Below, in pieces: positions 27,139-42,300 of a DNA stretch of 64,000 nt. This stretch comes from Tubiluchus corallicola (Eukaryota; Animalia; Priapulida). The stretch lies in NCBI GenBank assembly GCA_030141605.1, contig JAQGDQ010000017.1, forward strand, positions 1,240,001 through 1,304,000, in the 5' to 3' direction. Within the stretch, counting starts at the first letter, position 1. The number at the start of each line of letters is the position of its first letter. Position numbers and translations under genes: made by a program. The notes under the pieces were generated by a model, which saw only the letters and a list, made by a program, of their open reading frames with translations, had not been told where the DNA came from and ran no database searches.

Positions 27139-30100
27139 TAGTTATTTCGAAATTGCAGTGCAATTTTCAATTTGTTTGTAGTGTAGAAATATAAGAATAT
27201 TTACACATTATAGTTACTCGAGTACAATAAAAACAGTACATCACTTAATTTAATTTTGACATATCCAATCTGGTATCAGGTTAAGTTTATTTCTGTTAAA
27301 AAATTCAGAATGTTGACGCTAGATTGCATTCACAATATTTTTCATAAATAATATAACCCTTTTAACAGTTTTTTTTTGTGCGAACGTGCAGTTGCTTTAG
27401 GTCAACTGTTAAGTGTACCTCAGCAATGCATCTTAACTACAACCGTCATGTGACATGTGGGTAAAGCGAAGCTGTTCAGTAACTTCACTTGTTTTACATG
27501 GACTTTACTTGATTATCCATTAGTCAGTGTGTAGAGTCATTTACTAGCAAATCTTACCATTATAATAGCATGGGCTGCAAGGCGTTGTCAAGTATACACA
27601 AATGCATGGTCTTGTACACTTAACCTTTGATCTTTTCATGGTCATCATCAATCGCTGGAACTGTGAAAAGGCTTATTAACAATTGGCAGCATTTCGTGAA
27701 ACTCTGTTTTACTGAGCTTGTCTTTGACCTGTAGAATCAGCTTTTTTCATGCATTCGTGAATTGCAGGATAATCAGACTTTACTCGGCGTGATGGGTCTG
27801 GATGTTCCCACATCTGAAATGACTGAAGAAATTCCGCAGCGAATAGTGAGTAACTTAACCTTGTTTTCACCAACTGGGTGTGTCTACTGTTACCCTTTTT
27901 CTATATAATGCTGAACTCCTTCAGAACCATAAGTGTTTGCTGTTCATGAAAAAGTGCTCTCACTAAGCAGCAGTTACATTATATTTGATGTTTTTTGTAG
28001 GTTTCTACTCCTCACACAATGGATTTTCATGCAAAATTATATATGAAATGCAGTTGCTTAGCTTAGACAAATTAAAGATCGATTTTTGACAAACAAATTG
28101 AAATACGCTTTCAGTAACTGCAGTGTACAATATCACTTCTGTGAAATCGTCTAATGCAGTAAATTTCAGTTATCCAGTCACAACACTCTGATGCACTTTG
28201 GCCTCTTGTCTACTCTATTTTTAAAATTTTAATTTAGTCGAGATACTTCTGATTAGAACAGTACCAAATTTGTAATCTTTATTTATGTTTGTGCTCATAC
28301 AGTAGCAGAAAAGTCATAAGTCTTCTAAGACCTATCTTGAATGGTGTGGTTCTGAAGGAGTTAACCTGTTGTTGTAGAGTAGCATTAAAATGAAAATTCA
28401 ACGTGTTCGTAACCGTAGCGAAATGCCATTTTTGGTATTTATTTTAGCTAGTATGCTTTTGTGTGTTCCATTGTTTGCACTCTTTTGCTTTTCAAGATCT
28501 TATTGAATGCAAACTTTTGATTTACATGACCACCAAAGAGGTTCATTAGTTCTTGCATATCCTGAAAATTTATTACTATAAGTACATAAATACTGAGACT
28601 GGACTGTCATTGTAAGTGAACTGTTATAATATATATATGTAACTGCATAGGAAGTGAGTAGTTTCAAAATTCTCAAATTTCAAAATAATTTATTGAGTTA
28701 ACAGATATTACAATCACATTAACTGGTGCGTAGTTTTAAAATACAATATATAAGAAATAAATCCGTATAATAAAAATAATTATGTGACAATAATCACTGT
28801 TATTAAAGAAAAATAATGAATGGTGACCTAAGAAGCAATGGCTTATGGCAGGCCATGCATAAGTATTTTATGAAACAATGTTTCTCAGTTGTTAGTCATT
28901 AGTAATTTTGCACACTACTATCCTAAGATTAAGAACTGCTGCTTAAAAGCTACCCTAAGATCAAAACTGTGTAATTTGCTAAAATAAGCAGTACTCACTG
29001 TATTATTGCCATAATATACACAATGTCTCATTATACTATATTACTCTTGTAAAAATGACAAGAACCGTGTAACTTATGCCTATGATGCACCAAAGCATCC
29101 AGCATCTGGAAGCGAGAAATAACAGGTGCATATTGTCAATAAGTTGAAACCAAAGATTTTGGATGTGGAAGCTGGAAGCCAGACACTGGAAAACAGAAGC
29201 CATTTCCTATTTTTTGAGCACTTGTCATCAGCATCTGGTCCTAACCAGCCAATGATGACTGGGCTTGTGCTCAGGTTGTCTGCGGTGGTAAATTCTTATG
29301 CTAATAAGCAACGGAAAAATATAGGCATTGCAAAAATTAATTTGAGTATGTCTCTTTTTGTTTACGTGCAAAAAACTTGGAGATTGGATTGTGGAAGCTT
29401 TTTATTCTAACATCCATTGAATGCTAAATGCTGGAAACTGACAACCAGCTGTGCGATGATAGAGGATGGACGCTTAGGGTATTGAAGGCATTAGTCTGCA
29501 ACGATTTTAGAAAAATAAATTCCTGGTCTGTGTGTAGATGCAGTTTTAATGAGTTGTTATATACACATCATACATGTAAAAGAAATGGCTGTTGGTAGAA
29601 AAGTCGTCTGTTCATTAGGTAGTGTTACGTTTTAGTTTGTGATTAATTTTCTGGTGATAATTTTCTGTGTTTTTTTTTGTCATTTCAGCTTGGTGCAAAT
29701 GGATATGGCTTTGCTATAAACAATAATGGATTCGTTCTGTTTCATCCACGCCTAAGAGGACAGGTTTAGCTAATAATTCAGTTTTTGTTTAGTTAATAGA
29801 ATCACATTTAACATTCACATAGTTTAACAGTTTGTATCTGTTAATGCCAGTTGCTAACGGCAACAAAATGGGGCAATTTGATGTAAAGTACTGATTATTA
29901 TTCAACAAACGTTGCTTATTTGTATGAACTTGTATGAAGATTCAGATTTTCATTTTTTTTCCATAATAACAATGTCAAATAACAAAAATGATGTAAATAA
30001 CTAATAGAAAGGGAAAAGGTTGGTGAAAAACTAGGGTTATCAAGTCCACCACCCTTCAAGGGTTTCATGTTATTAGTAAAGTTAGAAATTGACAATCATT

Positions 30101-33100
30101 ATAGGGCTTTTGTATTAAGGAATCTGCTTAGTATTACATTAAACTTGTTGTGTCTGTGCGTCATTTCTATAATTCTGTTTTTATGATCCTAATACTTTAT
30201 TTGTGTTTAATGATTATCTAATGCATTTTTAGATGGGATATCTTTCCGATCCACCAAACTTGGACTATTTGGAATTAGAGATACCATCACCAAAAAACAT
30301 ACAGGTATAGACATTATTAATGTTTGTGTACTTACTCTAATGCTGTAATGTTTGTTTCACAATCAAAAAATACAGTTAGCTCCTTATATTTTGGCAAAGT
30401 ATGTATTGAAAACGTCTATGCAGACTAAATTTCTATTAAGACAGAAGACAAGGGAATTTTAAAGTATATCCCAAAGAAATTTCCATACAAAGTTATATTA
30501 CTTAGCACTACTTACCTGTTTGAATAACTATGTAATTGTTAATAATTTAAAATATTGCTCCATTTGGTAAAGTGGCACTGTATCGCCATCCCAGTATGCA
30601 CTACTGATTCACCAAAAACACGTTGATCTTATGGACAAAATAGAGTTACATATGCATTTGCTTTGATGGTGTAGTGTGCACTACAAAAACTACTAAACTT
30701 GTTTCAAACGACTTATCGCTAAAACAGCTGCACATAGAGATCATCTTGGAAGTTTAAACTTAGAAGTTTTATACAGTATTACTGCTATCATGTGCAGGCC
30801 CTGTGTGCAATAAGTAATGTAAGATTTGAAGACGAATTTCTTAAAATTCATGTATGAACAGTGTCTTTTTGTACTTCAATGGTTCTACCATGACTTTTAC
30901 TACGTGATTATGTTGAAAATTGCAGACAAAGTATTTGATCATTAGAATCAACAGTAAAAGTTGCAGCGCTTGCATAAATATGCACCCTTCCTATTTTGCC
31001 ATTCTATTTGGCTCATTTTGAACTCTCTGAATCACCTCAATAGAAATTCTTGCTTATTAACAGTTTTTTTGTAAAATTTATGTGATATTTAGATGAGAAA
31101 GAATATGATAGATAAAAAGACTGGCCACACAAGATATGAGACAAAGGTGGTTTCACCAGATGAATTTCATGTCTCTGAGCAAGAATATACTTACTGCTAC
31201 CATCCAATACCCCACGCCGACTTCAGGTATAGTAAATATTAACATTCTTGTTCACACAATATAATTTTGATATGTTAATATAGTTCACAGAGTACTGAAG
31301 TGTAGCTTTTTTTGTTATTCTTATTGTTTTTTATTTATGGTTTTTTATAAGATGTTTTTTATTTGGGTATAAAGATTGCGGTGCCTGCAAAGTAAAAAAC
31401 TGTGTGCATAATCCTACATGTAAAAAAGAATAAAAAGGAAAAGCAGTTTAAATGTTTCATAGCAATTTTATTGTTATGTTAGAATCTCTCATTTCTGTTG
31501 CCTTTGTTACCTCAGTGCCTCGTTTTTATAACATTTTTAACTTGCTTAGATGTCCCATTGGGGCGTAATTTAGCTTTTCTTTTGCTTTATTTGCATTCAC
31601 TGCAATTGCTGTTGCTTGGATGGAATATTTGCACAAAACAGTTATTGCCAAAAAGCCAACTAACTAACCTTGGAAATTTCTTAACTACATGGCCAGTTAT
31701 TTTTATAATGTGATGATAATTATGTATCTTTTCCGAATATCTAAATTGTTCTTGTAAATATTGGCTTTATAAAAATGAAAATGCTTAGAAAAAACATTTT
31801 ATGGTTGATGGTCATGATGCTTCGTTCTCTGAATTCCTAATGCAGATTTCCTTTACATGTTTGAGTTCAATTTAATCCTTTTTGTTGCCTTTCAGAATGA
31901 TGTTGACACCTTAGCAGTTGTTTTGGTTACATTGTCGGGTTTTTCCGCCAACGCTTACTGTGTTATTGCGAAGGTTACTCTACTAACTTTAGTCAGTTTC
32001 AGTAGAGCAGGCAGCAAATATTTGGGTTGTACATAATAATGCAACGACTTGCTAACATCTTAGACATTGACAGCAATGCAGAGGACCTATTAAGCCCAGA
32101 AACTTGCTTAAGCATTGCAGCTGCTGATGACGTAGAAACATCTCAGTTAAATTTCCTATCCCAATTTATTTCACTTTTTAGTATTTTTTTATACTTATTT
32201 TTACTGTGAATGTATTCGTTGCAGTTTAGGCTTGGTTGTACCAAAACAGTCTGATTACTATGTCACTGTGATGAACTATGACACTTCGAAAGGCTTACCA
32301 TTGCTGGATAACATTATACTAGCACCATGGTAAGTTAAACAGTCGCTTTTATCAATCTTGTACAAATAATTCATTCCTTGATCACATTCAGTTTAGTAGA
32401 AGTTGTTTACTGCAGAACAAACTCCAAAATCCATGAATATGTTTTGAAACAGAGCAAGGCTTTACCTGTGGCCTAAACCGTATATTTTATCACCTATAAT
32501 AATACAAAATTGTTTCCTTCATTATTAAAACATTAGTTGAGGAACTTAGCCTGCCGACAAGAAAGGGTAATTAGTATCGGTAATTGGTGATCATTTATTC
32601 AGCTAACATTGATCATCATCACCATAGACATTGGTCAGAATTTGAAAATAATAATGCCCACAAGATGGGTAAACACAAGAGTAACTCAGCAAAAAAACTA
32701 GACTGCTATGCCAATGGCTTGCCAGCCCATTTCTGTCATAATGCTGATATCATCATTTGATACAGCTTGCAGTGGCGGGAACCTTCCTTGTATACCCTGT
32801 ACATGTTTGCCAATGTGAAGATTGCAATACAATTGTGCTGTGTGACATTTCTTGAAACTCAGCAAGTTTTTTTTCATTCCTGAGAAACTGGTATCTGGTA
32901 GTCACTACCACAAAACTTGTCTGCCATTGTTATTTTTATGGTCCTGGATTGATAGGCCATCATTTGCATTTTATTTCAGCTATGTTTCATACGTTTGCTC
33001 CAGATCCTAATTTGATACTTCATTTTGGGTGTCTAGTAGATACCCAGTAGTAACTGTCATTACATGTTTCAGCCTTCAAGGATAAATTTATTATTACATA

Positions 33101-36100
33101 TCATTTACAAGTTAGTCAGATCGTACCCGCTACATCAATTGTTGTTCCTAATTTCGGGCAGTCCTACTTTTAGGGTGATTGAACCCTGGCCAGTACCACT
33201 TAAATTGTCTGTCATTATTATGATTAAGATCCAGGATTGATAAGTCATCATTTATCTTTAATTTCAGTTGGTACCTTGTTTCCTTGAGTTGCAGTCTCAA
33301 TTTGTTCCTACATTTAAGGTGCCTGGGAGACACTAGGTACCACTTGTAATGTCTGTCATTCTCAAATACATGTTCCGGGAATCATAATGTTAAATTAAAA
33401 TCAGCTGGTGTCTCTTACCTTTGATCTAAGCCATTTTAGGGTCGTTTCGGGGCACTCTAGAGACTACATGTGCCAATGGTACCACAGCAGCCATCCTTAC
33501 CTGAAGATCGCATATTGTTTTCAAACTTCTTATATGACTAAATATTTCATATCTCGCTTGCTTGATTGGCTGGCAGGGTCCTTGAGGGTCTCTTTCTTTA
33601 AACTTTTTTAATGACTACAACAAATGCAACATTTCAGTCCATTCATTTCTAAAAAGAAAACTGATATACTGATGAAGTAAGCTTATATATAAATAAACAT
33701 TATGATTGGCAGTTTTCTTATTAAATCATGACAATCTGACACTTAGCCTTAATTTAAAAAATTCTTTTTTTCTTTCTTTACAGGAAGTATTGTACAGGAT
33801 ATGATGTCATATTGAAAGGAAATGACTCCACAGAAGCTCTCAGCAATCTTCTCATTAATTCTGCACCTTGTATGTAAAAATTATGCAAAAAAAACTGTCA
33901 TTGAGCAGAGTTTTAACTGCAGTAAAGCAGTTTCTGGTTCATAATTACACATGTTATTATTTACGATTGAGAGCGTATATTAAAAGAGAAAAAAAGCAAA
34001 TTATTATAACCTAGATAATAATGATTTGTAAACTTTTTTACCAAGTTTTATTGGATGCAGTCAAACAAGTAAATTTAGCTCAAATTTAATATGACTTATA
34101 CATGTTAATAGTTACTAAAATTATTAACATAAATTGTACCTGTCTTAAACCAAAGTTCTTGCTCATTTTATTGCATTATTTGCGATGCATTAAGCGTTTC
34201 AAGTGGTTGTCTGTTTTCCAAATTTCATTGTCAACGTTGTCAACTGTCGAACCAAAAATGTTTTATTATTATAATGTATCGGGTGTGTCTCTTCCACTTT
34301 ATGTACCACAGGGTGACCAATTTGATAATGTCTCATACACATTCAACAGCCTCAAGTCATTGTTTTGCTTCGGAAATCATTTGCGCTTATTAACTGTTTT
34401 TCGTTTGTTTGTTTAGGTGATGAAGATTTGGTACAGAATCTGATGTGGGATCTTTCCGTCACCAAATTTGCTGATAAGCTTTGCCACATACGACGAAATA
34501 CAGATGAGGTGTTAGGGAGTTTTGTAGCTACAAATGGTGGTCTCACTCGAGCTTGTCCATCAAGGTGTGTGACAATTTGTGATGCATTTGTCTATCCATT
34601 GTTTTTTTTAAAATTGCATCCACTCACTTAAACTGTTTAACTTAAAATACTTCTAACTACAAGTGTTGTGTTTCTATAATATGTATTGCTATGTGGTAAT
34701 GTTATAATGTGTGTTACTATGTGGTAGCATTATAATATATATTGTTGTGTGGTAGTGTTATAATATGTATTACTATGTGGTAGCGTTATAATATATATTG
34801 TTATGTGGTAGCAAAATTTGGGGATTTTCACAGTTTTGAACAAATTGAATTTTTTTATCAAAAAGCCAGCATATAAAAAATTTGCTTAGAGAACATAAAT
34901 CAACCCCAAATTGTAGGGTATATGGTGAAGTTGATCGGTGTACTGTTAATTCTAGAATGTTAAGTTTCTGGGGTGAATCGGCACAGGGGAAACTATAAAC
35001 TATCTATTATTTGGTTTAGTATATTAAACAATATGTATGTTAAAAGTACGTATAAATCAAAGTGACTTATGTCAGTTCGAAATATTTTAGATGTTAGTAG
35101 TGCAGAGTATGGTAGCCGATATTAACATAAAATGCTTTAAATCAGCCGCAGATTTAAGGCTGAGAGATATATTTAAACTCAGTTGGAGTAATAACGTTAA
35201 TATACTAGCCAATTGTGTTGTAGCTAGCGAATTATAAAGGTTGAATTAAAATTTGAAATGTGTTTAAATGTATAGGATCACACCAACACAGGAAGTCTTT
35301 CTAAGCATAAACTGCATAAACATAGCAGTCAAACTGCCCATTTCTGTTGATAAATTCAAATTTGACAAATACATAAGAGACGATATTGATGAAAGAATGT
35401 GTAATCTGTGTAGCTTGCAAAAGCAGGGTGATGAATTCCATTATGTGTTAATGTGTCTGTACTTCCAACATGCCAGGGAAATGTACACTAAAACATACTC
35501 TTGTAGGAGGCCTAATATCTTAAAGTATAAACAACTTTTTTTTCAACTAGTAAATCTAAGAAAGTAAACAATTTGGCAAAGTATGTTAGGGTTATAATGT
35601 CTGAATTTAGCTAGATTACTATAATTTTTGCTGCACTGTATGAGTTATATTGTTCTTACTTAATTGTTGTTATGTTCTCTCCACCCAAGGTGGCAGTAGA
35701 GATTTGAAATAAATCTGAATTTGAATTTGAATATATTGTTCTAAAACAAAAACATTTAAAACAACCGCATTTTCTTATTCTCTGCATTTAGTAAGCAAAT
35801 AAATTGAGTAAAATTGGTGATAGCTTTCATTGACTGCCTCTGTCAAAATCCATAAAATAGCAACAGTAAACACAGCTTTCTAAGCACATTATAGAGATTT
35901 TCATTTTTGTTGTTTCAGCTTCATTAGTGAACTAGAAGATGACAGTGATGTTCACAAAGCAAATTATTATCTACGAGCAGCTGTGGCTGATACGTTCCTG
36001 TATTTAACTGATTGGTCGGAAGTTGGCTGGAGTAACAGTAGCAGGGATGATGCGCCTACGCTTACGGTTGTAAAGTCTGTGAATATTGTACTTCCGTCTG

Positions 36101-36322
36101 ATCATAAATTCATCTCAGCAGGTATTATATTATATTATATTATATTATATTATATTATATTATATTATATTATATTATATTATATTATATTATATTATAT
36201 TATATTATATTATATTATATTATATTATATTATATTATATTATATTATATTATATTATATTATAATATATTATATTATATTATATTATATTATATTATAT
36301 TATATTATATTATATTATATTA

Positions 36323-36356
<34 letters not shown>

Positions 36357-39300
36357 TATTATTTTATTATTATATTATATTATTATATTATATTATATTA
36401 TATTATATTATATTATATTATATTATATTATATTATATTATATTATATTATATTATATTATATTATATTATATTATATTATATTATATTATATATTATAT
36501 TATATTATATTATATTATATCATATCATATTATATTATACATTGCGTTATGTTATGTTATGCTAGGTTACACTACTTTCAATACATCACATTACAGTCAA
36601 ATCTCAGTTTACCGGACCTCGCTTTTATGTATATCGGAAAATTCCAACAACATCTGGTTCGCTAAAAGTCCCGCACAATATGGACATAGTCTGTTATTTC
36701 GCTAGCTGACCGCTAGTTGGCGGGCCGTCACTTTCTTTACATCACGTATATCAGTGTAACCATGAGTATACGTCCATGTATAAAAAATATGGAGTCAATT
36801 ATGCGGAGTTATTTGAGTCAATAGCTTGCAGTTTTTATATGCTTTTGCATAGCCGCGGTCGGTGCTAGACATTTTTGAGACAATTAGACGATTGATTTTA
36901 CATTATCATGTGTCTAATACACGGCACCTACTGTACTAGTTTAGTAGAAAATGCGGACAATCAGCAAATTCGGACTGACTTGTCCCCACTTCCGTCCAGC
37001 AAAACAAGATATGAGTGCACTTACATTGCATTACATGCAAACTATCATGCTAACATTAAGGTTTTACGTTTTTAGAAATTATATATCTGAAATGAAAATA
37101 GATTGCTCTTAACTTAGATCTTTCATAAAAGCTAGCAATTATCTTTTTTTTGCATGGTATTCTAAATGTACTTGGTTCAATTTTTGTTTCATAAAACATT
37201 TTTGGCTTGTTTGTAGTGGTTGGTGCAAAAGTTTCTTCTGGATTTGTGGAAGATGTTCTCAATAAGGTTACTGAGTGTGATGACATTGACGAAGATTGCT
37301 ACCTGCTTGATGACGGAGGTTTTATCATTGCTTCGAACAGCTTTGATGACTTGGTATGATCTGTGCTCGATTGCACATTCTGCAATTTTATTTAAAAAAT
37401 GTTTATCAATTAATGGATGACTAGCAAAGGCCCCGCAAAACATTTGCATACAAATACGCTCATGATCAAAAATACGCGAACATCCTACCTAGTGTTCGTT
37501 TACTTACCTAAAGCAAAGCCAGCAGCAGCAGTTTTTACTAAGTTAAAGTTATAGGCAGAGTATAATTGATGACGTCAGAACAATGGCTTTGCGCCAGCAG
37601 TTTTCCAAGAGAAAATTGCCAAAAATGGAACATTTAATTAACTCGTCGGCACTCCTCTTGGTGGACGTATTCTAAAGCATGGCCCACACCATCGTGTAGC
37701 CCTGTTCTTGCTCTTTCTAAAGAGCCATATATCTCTTTTCAAGAGTCCCACCAGGCGCCACTAGAACGTTTCTTCTGCAGGCTGTTTGGTCAAAATTTCG
37801 AAAAAATCGCGAGTCGGGTCCAGGAAAACGCTGTGGCCCTCTCGCACATTCTAAATACACCTACTACATCCACAGTTGAACGGACTATCTATCCATAGCC
37901 AGCAGCAGCCATGGCCCATTCCCGTTCTCTAGAAATAAGAGGTATAAGTTTTGCAAAGAGGTTTTTCGCGCGGGTCCGATTCGAAAAATAACCCTCCAAT
38001 GGTACGACACTAGATCGAGACCTTTCGTTTGATATATAGATCGCCGCAAATGGCACCGTCGTCGGAGCTATAGCCTCGAAACTTATATATATATAACATA
38101 CCAGAGAAATTAATATATACGATACTTTACCTGCAAAAAATTATGTATATTTTTTATTATCAATGTGTACGTATTAAACAAAATTATGTATTACTTATTA
38201 TGGATTGCTAGTGTTGAGCGATAGTAATTTTTAAGTTCCTACATTGCTATTCTATTTGTCTTAGGCTGGTGTATTTATTGGCAAACAAGATCCATCACTT
38301 CTATTAGAAATGGTCAACAAAAGCGTGTATCAAATGTAAGTTATCAACCATTCTCTCAGTTATTTTTGCTTCTGTTTATAGTAAATGTTACTAAAGAAGT
38401 AGAAAGCTTTCTTTCTATGTCTATTTTGCATACAATGTAGTAAGTGTAATATGCTTCTGTCTACTCTGTATAGCATTGAAACATTGTAGACAGGTTGCAA
38501 AAATGTGGAATTGCAGATAAATAACAAATAAATCTTATCATTAATTTTTTACAAATCCCAGTTCATAATTGCAGGTAAAAGTGCTGAGAAAAATTGCATA
38601 AATTAAAACCCGAGTGTTAGCTTCTTGGTTAACTTCTTGTTTGTTTAAAGCAATGATTATGTTACGATAACTGAATAATTAATAATATTTTAATAATAAT
38701 ATTATTTTGCTTTACTAAATGTATAATGTCTGTAAACTACTAATGTGCATCACTAGATGACAGCACATAGTGTGTGCTCTGTAAAGATTGTTTACATGTG
38801 ACTGAAGTAGAACAGTGCTGTCATCTATAAACTCAGTTTTTAATTACGAAATTGCACTCATTTTTGCTGCAAGGTTTCAGGATTTTACTTCCTAAAAAGA
38901 TAACATGTATAAGTAATATGTTTTTTAGTTTTTAGGTTTTTCCAGTTATACTTTTAAAACATTAGCAAAATTAGTAATGCATGAAAGTATGAAATTAAGC
39001 AGTTTTTTTGTAATACTTCAGTCAAGAAGAGTATGATTTTCAAGCAGTCTGCAAAAAAGGATATCCCTTGGTCAACGCTGGATTAATGTCACTTAACGTT
39101 GTAAGTTGTTTTTGTTTTCCTTCATAAAGGTTGCATAGTTTTTATTCCACCCAAGGGTTGGAGTTGAAGTAACGCCACTAAGTAGTAATAAGGCATTAAC
39201 ATATTTTATCATATTAGCTATTACATACTCTTTCAGCTTTTGAGGAAGGCCGGGTCTCTGGGTTTATTTGTGTTTTTCGAGCCATTGTCACTCAAATTGG

Positions 39301-42300
39301 GCTTTCAGGCTGCCGTCTCAGGACGGCTCAGCCTTAATTGTGTACGTGGCCATGTAGTAAGGTGAGAAAATGGCCAAACGACTGGCTAGCCACTTATCCT
39401 CCTTGAGTGCTAAGGCTTAGATTATGTAAACAATAAGAATTAAATTACATGATAGCATACATCAGAAATAATTGTGCTCTTCAATGAGTACACAAAAATC
39501 TTAAAATGAAAATATTAATTGCAGTACTACTTTTAGTAATAAAGTATCTCAATGTTCCGTCAAGGGCATAGGACCATTCTTTTTCGATTAGCTCACCATA
39601 ATTGTTGTTATCTGTTTCTGTCTGAATTTGCATTAGCTTAAAGACGAAGAACAGGGCATTTTAAAGTACACCCCACAGAATTTTCCATACAGAGTTATGT
39701 TACTTTGCATTAAGCTTACCTGATTGAAAGGTTTATACAATTAGAAAAGAAAATTCTTAGTTTAAAATATTCGCACCACTTGGTCAAATGGCACTGTGGC
39801 ACCACTGATTCACCAAAAACACATTACTGATCTTATGATCATGTAAGTGATATAAAATTTCAAGACGAATTTCTTAAGCTTTATTTATGAAGAGGGTTTT
39901 CTTGTAAATCTGGGTATAAATATAAGAACTACGATTAGGCTTTATTATATTGTATTTTATTTAAGATATTTTTTAGTAATTTTATTTTAAGAACTATGAA
40001 TATTAGTTTGTCTTATAATATTTTTCAGCCAAGATTCGATGCTTCACACCTTCAGTGGTGGGCCAGCCAGGTGTTCACCACCACCATGAATTTTAACTTG
40101 TATGCTGCTGTCACTGGATGGTTACGACAGGTGTTTGCCACAGAGGGAGTGGAGCAGGTGGAGATGGAGTATCCACCAGGTGAAGAGGAGAGCTGTATTC
40201 AGCTTGACACACAGTATTATTTTGGAGAGAACAGTGCGGAGTACAGCGGTCAAGTAAACTGTACAGGGGCATTAAGGTAAACATTAGTTCCGCTTTAAAG
40301 GCAAAGAAAAGGCCATTTTAAAGTGTCCCATAAACCTTTTCACAGAATGTTATATTACTTAGCATTATGCTTGCCTGCTTGAAAGACTTACGAAACTTAA
40401 AAAGAAAATATTTTATAACTTAAGATGTTTTTGCCAACTGGTAAATTGTTACTGATTCGCCAAACCAGTATTCATCATTGACTCTATAAAAAACATATTA
40501 TTGATCCTATTGATAATATAAAGTAATTTGGTCTATTACTTAGTGATGAGTATGCTATGAATGCTCCGAGTATTCTTTCAAACGTAATACAATATTATCG
40601 AAACATGATTCAAGCGACTTACCGTCAGTATGGCTGCACCTATTAGTCATCACAGGAGTTTAAATTTTATACAGCATTACTGTTAATGCAAAGCTCTGTG
40701 TGCAATAAGGCAGTATGTAGGTGATACAAAATTTAAAAACGAATTGTTTTCTGTAAGTAAAGGGTTTTCTTGTACTTCAAATATGAGTGTAGGAAATAGT
40801 TTGCACAAAAAAAATTTCACAAAGTGCTTCTATTAGTATATTGAAGTGAGGCACTACGGTTGATATAAATGGTAATAATTATGAATGATAGTTATGAATG
40901 GGAATATGGCGCCAGTGAACGGATAGGTGACCCCTGTCCATTCTCACTCTGGGTATTTAGTAGGCCATCCTGACCGTCTGTTCAGCTCGTAGATGGAAAC
41001 TCTATTCACAACTGAAATGTGGCTGAGACAACTCTGCTGGTTTAGTGGCTTTACTTGAAGGCACAGCCTTGACAATCAGTCAGGTTCCAGCCTCACCATG
41101 AATATCCAATTGAGTAGGTTGCGTCGTAGAATGCTGAATTCCGCATTGCTGCGTACCTTTTTTATTTAAGTGTAATTTTTTTTATTTCTGTTGTGTCGAT
41201 TATTGTAATAGCTGGCCGAATGCAGTCAAATCAGTGAATGGTGATTTCAAATACTTTCAAAAATTCCACTATTGAAGTTAAATAAAGCTGAAGTTTGCCA
41301 GTCTTTATGTTAAATTCTAGCTTTTATTTTGTTTATCATCTTAATGATAGGTGAAATATATTTTGTATTGAAAGAAATAAGTAAAAATTTACTTAGCACT
41401 AAAATCAATACGTAAACTTAGAACTAAGATAACACTTTCATACTAGAGAGATTAGTTACTTCGGATAATAGGCTATCACTTAATGTAATTCTTGTTATTT
41501 TCTATAGATCATATAGAGCTATGCGTATCATGGATAGCAATCTGTTGTTTGTCGTTGCTCAAGTGCAGTCGGGATGCAACTGCGAAGACGACCCCATTTC
41601 CATTCTACCAAAAAGAGGTACTTTTCATTATTGCATGAATGCACCATTTGCTGTTCAGTAATTGTATTATTATATTCAATGGACTGTTAAATTAATTTGT
41701 GTTTCTTGACTTTCTTCTAATAGCTTAAACATTGATAAATTTTTTTTGAAAAAATTACGCCAGTACGTAAAAGAGAAAATAATAAAAAGCTTCCTCTGCC
41801 TGTACATTTATATACTTTTAATACCTAAAATTATGTCTGTTGTTCAACAACGTAGATGTTGATTTTTCAGGTGATGAATTGATTTTTTTATATCTAAACG
41901 GTTACTGTGAAAATAACTGTTTCTATCGGTGACATTATGTGTAGTAATTTTTCCCATGAGTGATACATGGCTAGTAATCTTGTTCTGTTTGCAGTGGAGG
42001 GTCCAGATAAATGTAGTGCACCAGCAAGATATAGAAGACGTCCTAACGGTTGCTATAGTTGGCATCCACAGGTTTGTGTAATGTCTTGTGTGTTATTTAA
42101 AATTCTATAAACATGAATGTTTCATTTGTCATCTTTTTTCGGTGCTGTTTTGTACAGTAGTCACTGCTTAATAAAACCACGTGAAACAAGAACTTAAGTA
42201 ATGGCGGGCGTGCCATTGACGACATCACAAACTAACATAATTTTCAACTGCAAAAGTATTCCGCATGCGTGTTGCACGTGTTTGTGAAAGCGAAAATTTA

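Noticed and set aside
35983-36705. 240-aa ORF with IILYY repeats
   Set aside because: Exon 21 read-through into (TATTA)n. The donor G|GTATTA at 36121 joins in frame to exon 22.
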